From: Macrostomum lignano
Taxonomy: Eukaryota
Length of the DNA: 64,000 bases
Direction of reading: 5' to 3'
Assembly: GCA_002269645.1 (NCBI GenBank)
Contig: NIVC01002553.1
Span: forward strand, 62,001 to 126,000
This document shows, in pieces, positions 48,670 through 59,879 of this stretch. Numbering within the stretch: position 1 is the stretch's first letter; every line of letters starts with the position of its first letter. A model generated the notes under the pieces. The model ran no database searches. It was not told the origin of the DNA and worked only from the letters and a program-made list of their open reading frames with translations. Made by a program: the position numbers and the translations under genes.

Positions 48670-48814
48670 TGGCGGGGTGGTCGAGGGGAAGAGCTGAACA
48701 CTGCCATACTGCCCTATGGGGTCGGGGGAAGGGGGGGGGTTCGGCAAACTCCAATCCGGCTCGCGAATCCTTTGAAACTGAACCTGAGCAATCCGGCCCG
48801 CTCAGGGTTTGTCT

Positions 48815-49154
48815 TCCCTCTCTCCTCTTTTCTCCCACCTCTATTCTCCTCTCTCCCCTCTTCCTTCCTCTCTCCCCTCTTCCCTCCTCTCTCCCCTCTT
48901 CCCCCCTCCCCCTCCCCTCTTCCCTCCTCTCTCCCCTCTTCCCCCTCCCCCTCCTCTCTCCACTCTTCCCTCCTCTCAAACTTCTCAAATTGAGGCTACG
49001 GGGGAAGCCAAGCTATGCTAACAAAGACTAATGAGTACACAGTTTAGTGTATTATTCCATAATTTGCCTTTACTGCCCGTCTGTCTGTCTATAGCGACTG
49101 TGTTTGTCTGTCTGTAGAGCCTGTCTGTCTGTCTGTCTGTCTATCTGTAGAGCC

Positions 49155-49201
<47 letters not shown>

Positions 49202-49378
49202 AGAGCCTGTCTGTCTGTGTGTAGAGCCTGTCTGCCTGTCTGTCTATAGCGAGTGTCTGTCTGTCTATAGCGACTGTCTGTCTGTCTGTAGAGCCTGTCT
49301 GTCTGTCTGTCTATAGCGACTGTCTGCCTGTCTGTAGAGCCTGTCTGTCTGTCTGTCTGTGTCTACAGTGGCTGTCTA
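48815..49378. repeat. Polypyrimidine tract (48815-48975) and (CTGT)n microsatellite (49078-49378)
   Basis: Visible simple repeats upstream of ECD. Confidence 0.85.
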
Positions 49379-50295
49379 TTCCTTGGAGCCTATGTGCCAA
49401 TCATTAGTGTCAATGCAATGAACAAAACTCCTAATGGCAATACTAACTAATAATAAAAGACCAAAGAGTAACCATGCAAGGATCTGAATTGCTAGTCTTA
49501 GTCGGGATGATTAAATCATCAATCAATTAGCGCAGATGGGCGCCCTTCATAGAAAACCCATATACCAGCCACCTTCGGTGCATCAAATTTCGCCTTCTTA
49601 ATAGGCCTTATATAGGAAATAAAAACCATTATTAATTTATCTACAGTCCTATAGTATGGACGTTCTACAAGTCTACCTATATAACATATTGAAATGGAAA
49701 GAAAGCCAGCAAGAAGAAGTTAAGACGACACCGAATATTTGCATATATTTTATTGACCAAGAAAGCAGAAAAAAAAACAAAAAATATCAATAATTTTAAT
49801 AACGAAAAAGGAATTTTAAAATATTGAAAACGCGATCAAATTAACGTGACGGAGACATTATTTAATTAGTCAATAATAATTATTCCATCTAAGACTGAAG
49901 TCAGGGCTAAGAAAAGCATATATTTATCCAATTAGTGAAAGACATTAAACAACAGACACTTGCGCAACCAATTGAAATAACTAATACTCAAGCTTATTAT
50001 TATGCAATTATAGCATATATGCATATACAAAAAAACACAGACTGGCATCTACAGAAAGACTACAAAAAACCAGTGCTTAGTTAAAAAAGACAAGGAAACA
50101 AAGACTCGAAAAAGGGCCTGACTGAAATATGAATAATATCCATACATGGCATCTTATATAATATTAGAATGAGACAGCAATCAATGAGGTGAATAGGTGA
50201 TGACTTATTTGTAGTCCAACAAGATCAAGCTAATGACTGAGGGTAAACGGCTGGAGTAAATATTACTGCCAATGCAAATTAAAGTGCTTCGTCAT

Positions 50296-50456
50296 CTAAT
50301 TAGTCATTGAGGACGAATCAGACGAGGCCGTCACAGTGTCGAATTCGACAGTTTTGTCGCTGACGCCCGCAGTGCGACGGCGCCCGACCGATGACTGCGG
50401 CGGCGGCGGCGACGAGTTTCGGCGACAACGGCGACGCTTCCTTGGCAACAGAGGTC
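50296..50456 (-). CDS. ATXN7L3: SGF11/ATXN7L3, exon 2
   Basis: Acceptor ctcttcag|GA completes the phase-1 codon; basic RKRRRCRR (NLS-like); TAG at 50298-50296. Confidence 0.7.
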
Positions 50457-50529
50457 CTGAAGAGTCCCAGGGTGTCAATGGATAGGTGAGATTTTGTTAA
50501 TTGATTAGATGCTTAATTAGCTAATAGTC

Positions 50530-50913
50530 AGATTTAATAATTGATGGAGTGGGATTGATTAGCTGATCGAGTGAGATTGATTAGTTCATAGAGTGAGATT
50601 GATTAGCTGATACGGTAAGATTGATCAGTTGATACAGTGAGATTGATTAACTGATAAAGTGAGATTGATTAACTGATAGAGTGAGATTGATTAACTGATA
50701 GAGTGAGATTGATTAACTGATAGAGTGAGATTGATTAACTGATAGAGTGAGATTGATCAGTTGATACAGTGAGATTGATTAACTGATAAAGTGAGATTGA
50801 TTAACTGATAGAGTGAGATTGATTAACTGATAGAGTGAGATTGATCAGTTGATACAGTGAGATTGATTAACTGATAAAGTGAGATTGATTAACTGATAGA
50901 GTGAGATTGATTA
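50530..50913. repeat. 22-bp intronic minisatellite (GAGTGAGATTGATTAACTGATA)
   Basis: About 17 units; interrupted by a SINE fragment, one more unit at 51071-51092. Confidence 0.9.
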
Positions 50914-51070
50914 TTTTTTTTATTAGAGGCAGGGGGGTTGTGTGCACCCTGGCGCACTTTAAGCGACATAGGCACACAACCGGCGAGAGGCATTACTGCC
51001 CATTCCGCCGACTCCCCTGAGCAGGCATACAAGCGCGCGGATACGTACGCAGGCACACACACACAGGTGT
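50914..51070 (-). mobile_element. 5'-truncated SINE copy with target-site duplication
   Basis: Reverse complement of 51915-52064 with 2-3 differences; poly-T at 50914; flanked by GTGAGATTGATTA at 50901-50913 and 51071-51083. Confidence 0.85.
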
Positions 51071-51120
51071 GTGAGATTGATTAGCTGATAGAGCATTTAA
51101 AAGTTAAATATCATATATAC

Positions 51121-51517
51121 CTTTAGAATCCTCGATAGCAGCGAGTTCGGCAGCCGCAGCAGCATCCGAGGCACCGAAGCACTGCTGCAGTGGCCTTCGC
51201 CGACTAGCGAGCCTGCCCATCCCCATGCACTTCTCCAGGTGGGGGGCCAATCTCGACGCTGCTAGGCGTCTGTGACAGTTCGGACAGCGACAAATTGGTG
51301 CAGACTGCTGCTGCTGCTGCTGCCGCTGAGTAGACACTGGAGACAACTCAGTCTGAGCCAATGTTGCTAGCTCTTCGTCAAGCATTAATAATCCCATTTT
51401 AGCTTCCATATGGCACGAGAATATAGTGTCCATTGTTAAATCGTCTATAAGTTCGTTGACAATTATCCATAGGTCGTCATTAACATTGTCGGAATTGGGA
51501 CTGGCAATATTAGCCAT
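51121..51517 (-). CDS. ATXN7L3: SGF11/ATXN7L3 (SAGA deubiquitination module), exon 1
   Basis: [20 protein letters not shown] and zinc finger [27 protein letters not shown]; donor AAAG|GTATAT. Joined CDS is 185 aa. Confidence 0.9.
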
Positions 51518-51703
51518 AAATGTGTTTAAATTCTTTTGATAAAATGGAGTTCTCAAATAAATAAAAAAAATATTTTACGATTTTCTAGATTTTCTACTCC
51601 CACTTTTTCTGATTGAGCGACCCTAATGGAATACATTTTTAATAAACTACATGTAGCTTATCCTTGCAATAAACTCACTAATCCCCCCGTAAGCCTTAAC
51701 ACC

Positions 51704-52064
51704 AGGGGGGCCGTTGCCCAGCGGTAGCGCAGCTGCTCTGGTGTGCCAGCGACCCAGGCTCGATTCCAAGTGCAGTCACATTAATTTGGGGCTGAATTGG
51801 AATCTCGGCTTGGCTCTGCTCGTGCAATTAACGGCCTTGAGAGCCAACCCCTCAAGGCGCAGTGAAGTGTACATGCCTAACGATAATATAAAGTTAGGGC
51901 CGCTGTACACTCCTGTGTGAGTGTGTGCCTGCGTACGTATCCGCGCGCTTGTATGCCTGCTCAGGGGAGTCGGCGGAATGGGTAGTAATGCCTCTCGCCG
52001 GTTGTGTGCCTATGTCGCTTAAAGTGCGCCAGGGTGCACACAACCCCCTGCCTCTAATAAAAAA
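51704..52064 (+). mobile_element. Full-length tRNA-derived SINE (~360 bp)
   Basis: A-box-like TTGCCCAGCGGTAG, B-box-like GGCTCGATTCC, A-rich tail, and 13-bp TSD AAGCCTTAACACC at 51691-51703 and 52065-52077. Confidence 0.88.
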
Positions 52065-52459
52065 AAGCCTTAACACCTCAACAATTCCTTCAGAAGCCTT
52101 AACATATCAGCTATTTCCCCAATGAGCCTTGACATCTCAGCGATGCCTCCCATAAGCCCACCCATCTCAGCAATTCCATGCGTAATTCCACGCTTCTTTT
52201 ATTTCTTAGATTACACTTGTTTTATGTTTTACATGAGGCTTCTATTTCTTATATGATGCCTCTTTTATGTCTGACATGACGCTTCTTCTTGGTCTACATG
52301 AAGCTTCTTTTATTTCTTACATGACATTTCTTTTACGTTTTACATGGATGCTTCTTTCATGTTTGACATGATGCTTCTTTTATTTCTCATCTGATTTCCT
52401 ATCTCTCCTCTCTGCTCCCTCATCTTTCCTCTCCTCTCCTCTCATCTCTCGTCTCTACT

Positions 52460-55270
52460 CTCTCCTATTCCCTTTTCTCACTCCTCTTTCTTCTCTTCCC
52501 TCTTCTCTTATCTCCTCCCTCCTCTCTCAACTCCTCTCTGCTCTCATCTCTACTCTCTTCCTTCTCCTCTCTACTCTCTTCTCTTATCTCTTCTCTCTCC
52601 CCTAATATCTCTCCCTCTTCTCACTTCTACTCTCTCCTCTCTCCCTTTCTTCTCTTCCCTCCCCTCTTCTCTCCCCTGTCCTAACCCCCTCCTCTCCTCT
52701 TATCTTTCTTTTATCCCCTCTCTTGCCTCTCCTCTATTCTAATTGTCTATTCTTTCTTTCTACTCTTATCTGCTCCCCCAAACATGATCTGGATTGTTTA
52801 TCTGGCCTTTGAGGTAAAGTCTGCCAACCCTTGCTTTGAAAGCCAGTTTTTGGGATGTAGTACTCTTATGGTTGTATCTACAGCTTCACAAATCTAAATT
52901 GGTATAACAACTAAAGAAATATGTTTTATTTTAGAGGCATTAAAATTTTAAAGTGACTAAGAAAAACTTAAAATGTTTAAATCTCCATGGTGTGAGTAAT
53001 TTAGTAAGATAAAATTGCACTGCTTTTTCATAAAAAGTTGCTTTAAAAAACCATGCTGCATTGCCTTGCTAGTCTTTTGATTTGATTTCTATTTTCCTCA
53101 TCCATTGGTAAGCTAAGACAGTGGTTAGTTAGAATCTTTTGCTAGTTAGTTAGAATTGGTAAAAATTGGAGTGGAACTACAGAGAAATAAGTGAAAAATG
53201 TACTTTTTAAGTAGTTTTTGCATTTATTTCTAGAAAAAAACTATAAAAAAATTGGAATTTTTTTAAAGAACAATTTTTTTAGGAATTTTAAGGTAGCCTA
53301 AGACATTTTCCATAATGAGCTTAGTATAGGTGCAAAATTAGGTATAATTTGGTTGAGCAGTTTTAGCAGTTTCAATACACACGCACAGACAATTTTCATT
53401 TTCATACATAAAGATAAGTCAATGTATAAAAAGCTAAAAAATGATATCTTGTATTATTGGACATAGAAAACTGATGAAAAAAAGTTATTAAAAAAAGAAC
53501 AGAATATAATTTTTCTATAAAATTCAAGATAGATTCTGTTGAAAAACTTGCATAGTTATGCAAACTTTTTGCAAAAATCTTGTGCAATGAGAAAAATGAA
53601 AGTTAGCATAAATTATTTAAAAATGCTGATATTTGACTTGTAACATAAAACAAGTTTTTGCATATAAGAAGCAATAGGCTACCCTAAAAAGGTCCTTTAT
53701 TATTGCAATATAGAAAAAACTTCTGCAGTTTAGAGTAAAGAACTTGCATGAAAAATTTCTGCATAGCCATAGGTTTCTATTCCAAAATTACCATGCAAAG
53801 ATTTTATCCTAGCAAAAATATTTGTTTTTGGGCAAAATTGTTGAAAAATTTTGAATATAGAATGTTGAAAAATTAGGATACAAAAAGTTTTATGATTTTC
53901 TTATTACTTGCCAAATTTTTAAAAGTAAGATGTCTTTTACCATAGTCTAGAAGTTGGCCTTTATGCCAGAAAATTCTAGCAAATTTTTGCTCTTGCTGAC
54001 AATCTTGGCATACACTTAGCATATAGAATTTTCAGGTTTAATATTAAGTGTACATAGTTGGCATAAAAAAAGAAAAGTTCAGACCTAATGTAATTGTGTA
54101 GTTAAATATCAACTAACTAAAGCTTTTCTAAAAATAATTGGTATAACTAAAATAAAGAATATAAATGCAAGTTACAAGAAAACAAAATTAAAACAAATAA
54201 TATCAGTTCTTAGCAAACAACAGTTGTTTTCAAGTTTATTAAAGCTCTTAATTTTTTGAAAATATAAATTATATAAAAAAATTGGTATATAAACAACTTT
54301 AGGTTTGGTGTACATTTTAACTTTTATATTGGCATAATATTGAAAACATGAATTTTCATTCTAGCATATGCCTGCCATGATCTAGACTATGGGTCTTTTA
54401 CTTATACAAAAAATATTTATCATATCAAATAAGAAAAATATATTAACAATAAATTTCAAAATCTTACAGAACTCCCTAATAGGCTAGGCCTTTTGTCTAA
54501 TACTTGTATTTAAGCCATAGCTAAATTATTAGGGCCTATTTAATAATATTCTTTTAAAAATTATAATAATTTATTTATAAAATTGTCATTAAATTTATAT
54601 TATTATAGACCTATTATCCATTTTATTTTATACAATATACAATATATAATATACAATATACAATGTTTTATACATTATTTATCATGCTATCTTAGTATCT
54701 ATATAAAAATATAATTTAACTTTCTAAATTGAATCTTAAAAAAATGAAATTAGACCTTTTAGCTTGAATGCAACATTATATCTTATTTCCTATCATTTCT
54801 ACTCCTCTATTTCTTTTCTACATATTGTTGTATAGTACAGCTTAGCCTAGCCCTAGCCTAGTTTATAATATATATATAAACCAATAAAAAGCAATATACC
54901 AATAGGTTTAATAGTTATAAAACATGTCCCATTTGTTTGATCTCTATTGGGCTTTAGCTATATTTATTTAGGCCTTAATCTAAAATATAAAATATGTTTT
55001 ATACAATTATATTTATAGGCCTATTTTTTTCTTGTCTTTTTACAAAGTTAAAGTATCATAAACATTATATCCTAAATAAAAAATTGCAAAATTATAGTTC
55101 CAGGAACCATCATTATTATATTGTATTATAGAGTCCACTAAAGTATTTTTATAAATTTACAAAAAAGTCCAATAACAATGTATTCAATATATATCAATAT
55201 GATTAGTTAGGGGCAGCCTGGGCTGGGCAGGGCTTAATAATATATATATACAGATTACAGAGCAACAAGG
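52460..55270. other. AT-rich, CpG-depleted block
   Basis: One CG dinucleotide (53382) found by eye in ~2.8 kb, while GC dinucleotides are common. Confidence 0.75.
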
Positions 55271-55678
55271 CTAGCGTACAAGACTGCACTTCATTCATTA
55301 AATGATATCGTAATATCATGTCATATAATATTTGATAGATGTGTTTAAATTCAAGGTGAGTTCATGGTTCATGTTCGTGCCATGCACTGCACACTGAGGT
55401 CGTCGACACGACTGAAACTGACCGTTTTAAACTCGTACGTTCCAGTTTTCTAATTGTACCTGAAAATCACGCCGTAACGGAATTATGTTAATGCACTCCA
55501 TTAAACGACGGTATACATATTAAAATTTTACCAATTAGACAACAATTGTATCTGTATTTAAAGTAAATTGACAATACCTTAGTATCTTAGTACGACATAA
55601 GTACGACAAAAACCGAAAGAACAAAGAATCTAGTAGAATTCTATAAAAAATAAGAAGCGAGCAACAGCGAGCAACCCT

Positions 55679-57437
55679 ATGGCAGACCAACTGGGCCGGA
55701 TGCAGGAGCAGCTGACGGAGCTTGTCGCCACTGTCGCCGCCATTTTGCCGCCCAATGCCCAGGCCGACAACTGGTCCTCCCACGTGAAAGCAAAAGCCAA
55801 GCGTGCCTCAGCCATCCTGGCCCAGCTCCGACGAGCACTTGGCACTTCTTGGGGTCTATCCCCAAAGCGGCTTTGGTGGATCTATACTTCCGTAGATAGA
55901 CCTGCAATTACGTACGCCTCTGTTGTCTGGGTTAGCGCTACCCAGGTCAAAAGCCATGCAGACCTGCTCAACACGATCCAAGGCAGAGCGTGTAGGCTCA
56001 TCTGCAACGCCACCAGGTCCACGCCCTTTGCTGGCATGGGGGGCCTTCCTTAATCTTCCGCCTCTTGACCTCTTCATCAGGGGTGAGGCGGCTAGAACGA
56101 CGCGGCGTCTAATCGATGCCGGCGTCAAATTCATTTACATGAGAGCACCTGCTAAGCGGAACCTTGTCCCGCATAGCGATCTGTGCCTCAACTTTCTCAA
56201 CGAGTGTCAGCCCAATCGCGTCTTCACCGATGGCATTGCCTCAACGCTCAACCTGAGACAGCGCTACTCCGTAGCTATCGACTCGCGCGATAACATCAAT
56301 GACCAATGGAACCCTGGTGAGCTTCATTGCTACACCGACGGTTCTAAGCAGTCAGCCAACACCGGCTTTGGTGTTGGAATCTTTCTGAACGGGAGGGTCA
56401 TCGCTACTCACGCTCAATACACTGGGGTCAACTCCAGTGTTTTCCAAAATGAAGTTCTGGCCATCAGCTCCTGCACTGCAGAGCTTCTCGCCACTGGCGT
56501 TACTGGTAAGAACATCATTTTCCATTCGGACAGCCAAGCTGCCTTGCACGCCATCAGTGGCTGCAGCACCAACTCTGCTACAGTCCTCGACTGTATCAAA
56601 CTCCTCAACGTGTTGGGTTCCGCCAACAAAATTACCCTTAAGTGGGTTCCGGGGCATGTGGGGATCCGAGGAAATGAGTTGGCTGATACCCTTGCAAAAG
56701 TTGGTGCCTCCGGCTCCTCTCTCGGCCCCGAACCTCTTGTCCCGATTCCTGGCTGTGTCATCGACTCGCGCATCAAAGCGTGGATCAGGACTCAGCACCG
56801 CTCGACTTGGGCGAACCGCACGAACTGCAGGCAATCCAGAGGCGCTGTCCCTCAGCCCTCTCACCAGCTCCGGAAGCTCCTCTTGCGCCTCTCGCGCAGC
56901 GACATCCGGGCTGCCACCATGACCCTCTCTGGTCACGGCTGCTTCTCCAGGCACCAGTACCTGCAGGGCAACGCCACCAACGCCACCTGTAGTTTCTGCA
57001 ACTCAGGTGACGAAACCGCTGAGCATTTCGTCAGCATCTGTCCCGCCTTCACGCGGGCCAGACTCACTTACCTCGGGCCACACACATCTATTACTGAAGC
57101 GTGCAAACCCGAAAACTTTAATCAGCTCATGCGCTACCTTCGGGCCACCCGCAGGGCTGAACTCTCCTTTCCAGAGAGCACTATAGCTGCTGGCGACACT
57201 GGGGACCTCCCTGGGCGGCGCCAACCCTCCGTCCATAGCGACGCGTCGGCCGTTCAGGGACTAGCGGAATGGGCGCCCGCGCCTTCCCGCTGTGTCCCCT
57301 CCGGGACAGCCCTGCAGCTAAGTCAAAGCCCAGGCCGACACTCTACGTCTCAGCGCCCCAGATCCCCTTGCTACCGCTGCTCGGGCAGAGGGCACCGCGC
57401 TGAGGCCTGTCCGACTCCGGCCTCGGGAAACTGCTGA
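55679..57437 (+). mobile_element. Chimeric retroelement ORF: gag-like N-terminus + LINE (R1/Loa-like) RT tail, RNase H and zinc finger + Gypsy-like CCHC knuckle; one frameshift
   Basis: WIYTSVDRPAITYASVVW; RNase H motifs YTDGSK, VFQNEVLAI, HSDSQAAL, WVPGHVGIRGNELADTLAK; CSFCNSGDETAEHFVSIC; then CYRCSGRGHRAEACP. One extra G in the run at 56038-56043 separates the two ORFs. Confidence 0.85.
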
Positions 57438-57486
57438 GGACTGGTACTCGTGGGCCGTCACCAGCCCTCCTCAGCAAGGCCCGACC

Positions 57487-57660
57487 TGCCTCTCTATCTT
57501 CCTCCCCGATAGCATCGCCGGCCAGCGATCGTGTCGGTGGCTGTTCGACACCGGAGCGCAGCGCAGGTGACGCTCGTGTCGGCTGCAAAGCTACGACGGG
57601 CCCTCGGCATCAACGCGCAGCTTCAGCCGCCACTCAGCGCTCCAATCGGCATCGACGGCC
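57487..57660 (+). pseudogene. Frameshifted Ty3/Gypsy-type aspartic protease
   Basis: LYL-PDSIAGQ..RWLFDTGAQ (GAC ACC GGA at 57547-57555) continues as VTLVS in another frame after a GCGCA duplication. Confidence 0.7.
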
Positions 57661-58775
57661 GACATCTACTAGAATGCAGCTGTAAAGGACTCCCACCGAT
57701 CATTCACCAGGTGACGAAGTTGCAGGCATTTCAGCCCGAGTGCGTTCTCCGCATGGATGCGATTGGCAAGATGGGGTCCGCCTATAGCGTGGACCTGCAT
57801 GGGTGCAATTCTTCTGTCCAGCTGGGGCCGGCGATACCGATTCTACAGAACGCTTCCCAGCAGGCTTGTCAAGTGGTTCCGACTAGTGATCGCGATGGTG
57901 GCCCGCACTGTCGAGGTGCCAGCACGCAGCCGCATTATATATTATCGTTCTTGTGAGACTGGACTCTTTCTCTGAGCAAGGGCTTTTCGAGCCGAACTCT
58001 GACTTCACTGACAAGATGGGGCTGCTGTGCTGTCCAGCACTGAAGATGGCCTTCCATGGGCGTCTGCAACCTGGGTGCCGGCTCATGCGTGATGCTGTAC
58101 AAGAATCAGGCGATTGGCTAAATGCGCTGCAGGAAAAAAGCATTGCGGGCAAACCTCGACGGGCAAATCTCGACGGGCAAATCTCGACGGGCAAATCTCC
58201 TGCTAGAAAATCTCGGCCAAGGACCACTAGAAGTTACCGTTCTGGATCCATCTGAGGCTCAAATGTAGTGCAAAAGCTTCTTTAAAACAGTCGAATAGAA
58301 TGTTTTTTTGAAAGCAAGTACCGCTAAATACACATAAACAAGCGGGCATTCAAATAATTTTGCAATATTTACGGGTGTCCATTTCAAGAATCAATCCGAT
58401 TGAAAACAAAAGCAAAAAATTATTCTGAAAAAACGGATTTTTTCCAAAAAATCTGATGGAATCGATTCCTCAGAGATTAAACGTTGAAAAAAGGCTCGTT
58501 AGCAATCTAATAGAAATCTATGAACAATAGCCCAAGGTTACTCTTTCCTAGTGAAGCTTCATGCAGTAGGGAATCCAGATCATCATATCGATATCATACA
58601 AAATATATCAGCCTGTAAAGACTAGCTTGACAGGAAAAATCAATTCACTCACAATGCAAAACCCTCACAGAGATGGCAATCACGACTGCATGCTTGAATA
58701 CGAAAGCTGATTAGCTCGTATAAAAGCTGCAATGCGACTGCAGGGTTCACAGCCACTGTATTGCAGCAGTCAAAT

Positions 58776-59108
58776 ATGCATCTACCAGCTTCGCTAGTCT
58801 ACAATCTCCTTTTGCTGCTCAAACTGAGCTTTCCGCTCTGCTGCAGCAGCGCTGGGCTTCAAGAAGCCTCTATCACTGGCTGGAATCAAATTCGCGACAA
58901 TCTTGACGAGTACTCACTGTTGAGCAACTCAACTCGTGTCGAGAGTCTGCTCGAGTGTCTGGCCTCGGCTGTCGACGCGGCAGCTGACGCGGCCACTTTC
59001 TCTGCTAACGACGTCGAAAGAGTCTGTTGCGTATATAGATGTCAGTGGGGTCCGTTCGGATGCAGGAAGTGTCGATTCGCCAGCGAGAACTTTGGACAAC
59101 TCATCTGG
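58776..59108 (+). CDS. Secreted fibrinogen-related protein, exon 1 (signal peptide + Cys-rich PAN/apple-like segment)
   Basis: MHLPASLVYNLLLLLKLSFPLCCS hydrophobic leader; SLLECL...F...CCVYRC; donor TGG|GTGAGT, phase 0. Confidence 0.7.
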
Positions 59109-59270
59109 GTGAGTATCGATAGAGTAAACTGTCACAGAGCCCCGTGACTGCTTGCATCCCCGCTGGTCGATTGTTAGCTGTGATTTTCAGCAATGCCTTT
59201 TCCCCCTCTGGGAACTGATCGACTAACTCGGGAATACCTGAGCCAAATCTGTTGCTGTCTGCCGTTGCAG

Positions 59271-59879
59271 GTGAAGCCGCTGCTGCAACACAACAGGAGA
59301 GTCTGCTGGCGTACCTTCCAGCATCGCGTTGACGACTCCGTGCTGTTCAACAAGTCCTGGACTGAATACAGCGAGGGATTCGGTCAGGGAGAGCAGAGCA
59401 ACTTCTGGCTGGGTCTGGACGCGCTTCACCAGGCCACAAAGGACGGACTTCGTCGAGTTCGCTGGGAGCTGAACCTGTGGACTGGGGCGCCATTCTGGGC
59501 CGAGAATGAGCACTTTGTTGTTGCCGGGCAGGATGAGCTGTACCGACTGGACCTAGGCCCTCTGGATTCGAATCGCTCGACGTTGGGAATGTGCGGCCTT
59601 GGCCACACTGGATCTCCTTACAACCAGCAGTTCACAACCTATGACAGCGACAATGACAAGCAGAATAAATCAAACTGCGCAGTTAGCTACCAGTCCGGCT
59701 GGTGGTTCAACAGGTGCTTCTGTTTCAACCCGAACGGTCGCTATGTTGACTTCGAAGCCACAGAGCAGGGACAAACTGGCGGTCCTGCCATGGCCTACTC
59801 ATGGCCCGGTTCGGATTATCCGTTCGTTCTTTGGTACTCTCATAACCGCTTCGAGTGTCTGATTACCGAGTTCAACTGA
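59271..59879 (+). CDS. Fibrinogen C-terminal (FReD) domain, exon 2
   Basis: WRTFQHRVDDSVLFNKSWTEYSEGFG..FWLGLDALHQAT, FTTYDSDND, NCAVSYQSGWWFNRC, NPNGRY. Joined CDS is 313 aa. Confidence 0.92.
   Translation: MKPLLQHNRRVCWRTFQHRVDDSVLFNKSWTEYSEGFGQGEQSNFWLGLDALHQATKDGLRRVRWELNLWTGAPFWAENEHFVVAGQDELYRLDLGPLDSNRSTLGMCGLGHTGSPYNQQFTTYDSDNDKQNKSNCAVSYQSGWWFNRCFCFNPNGRYVDFEATEQGQTGGPAMAYSWPGSDYPFVLWYSHNRFECLITEFN

Noticed and set aside
51104-51120. SGF11 ending at the ORF-track stop (GIYDI*)
   Set aside because: A donor at 51120 splices in phase to a basic exon at 50456; the read-through tail is probably intronic.
51704-51775. Functional tRNA gene
   Set aside because: It is the head of a 360-bp element with A-tail and TSD.
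55300-58300. LTRs, PBS or PPT for the Gypsy-like element
   Set aside because: No direct repeat pair, RT or integrase found around the gag/protease remnants.
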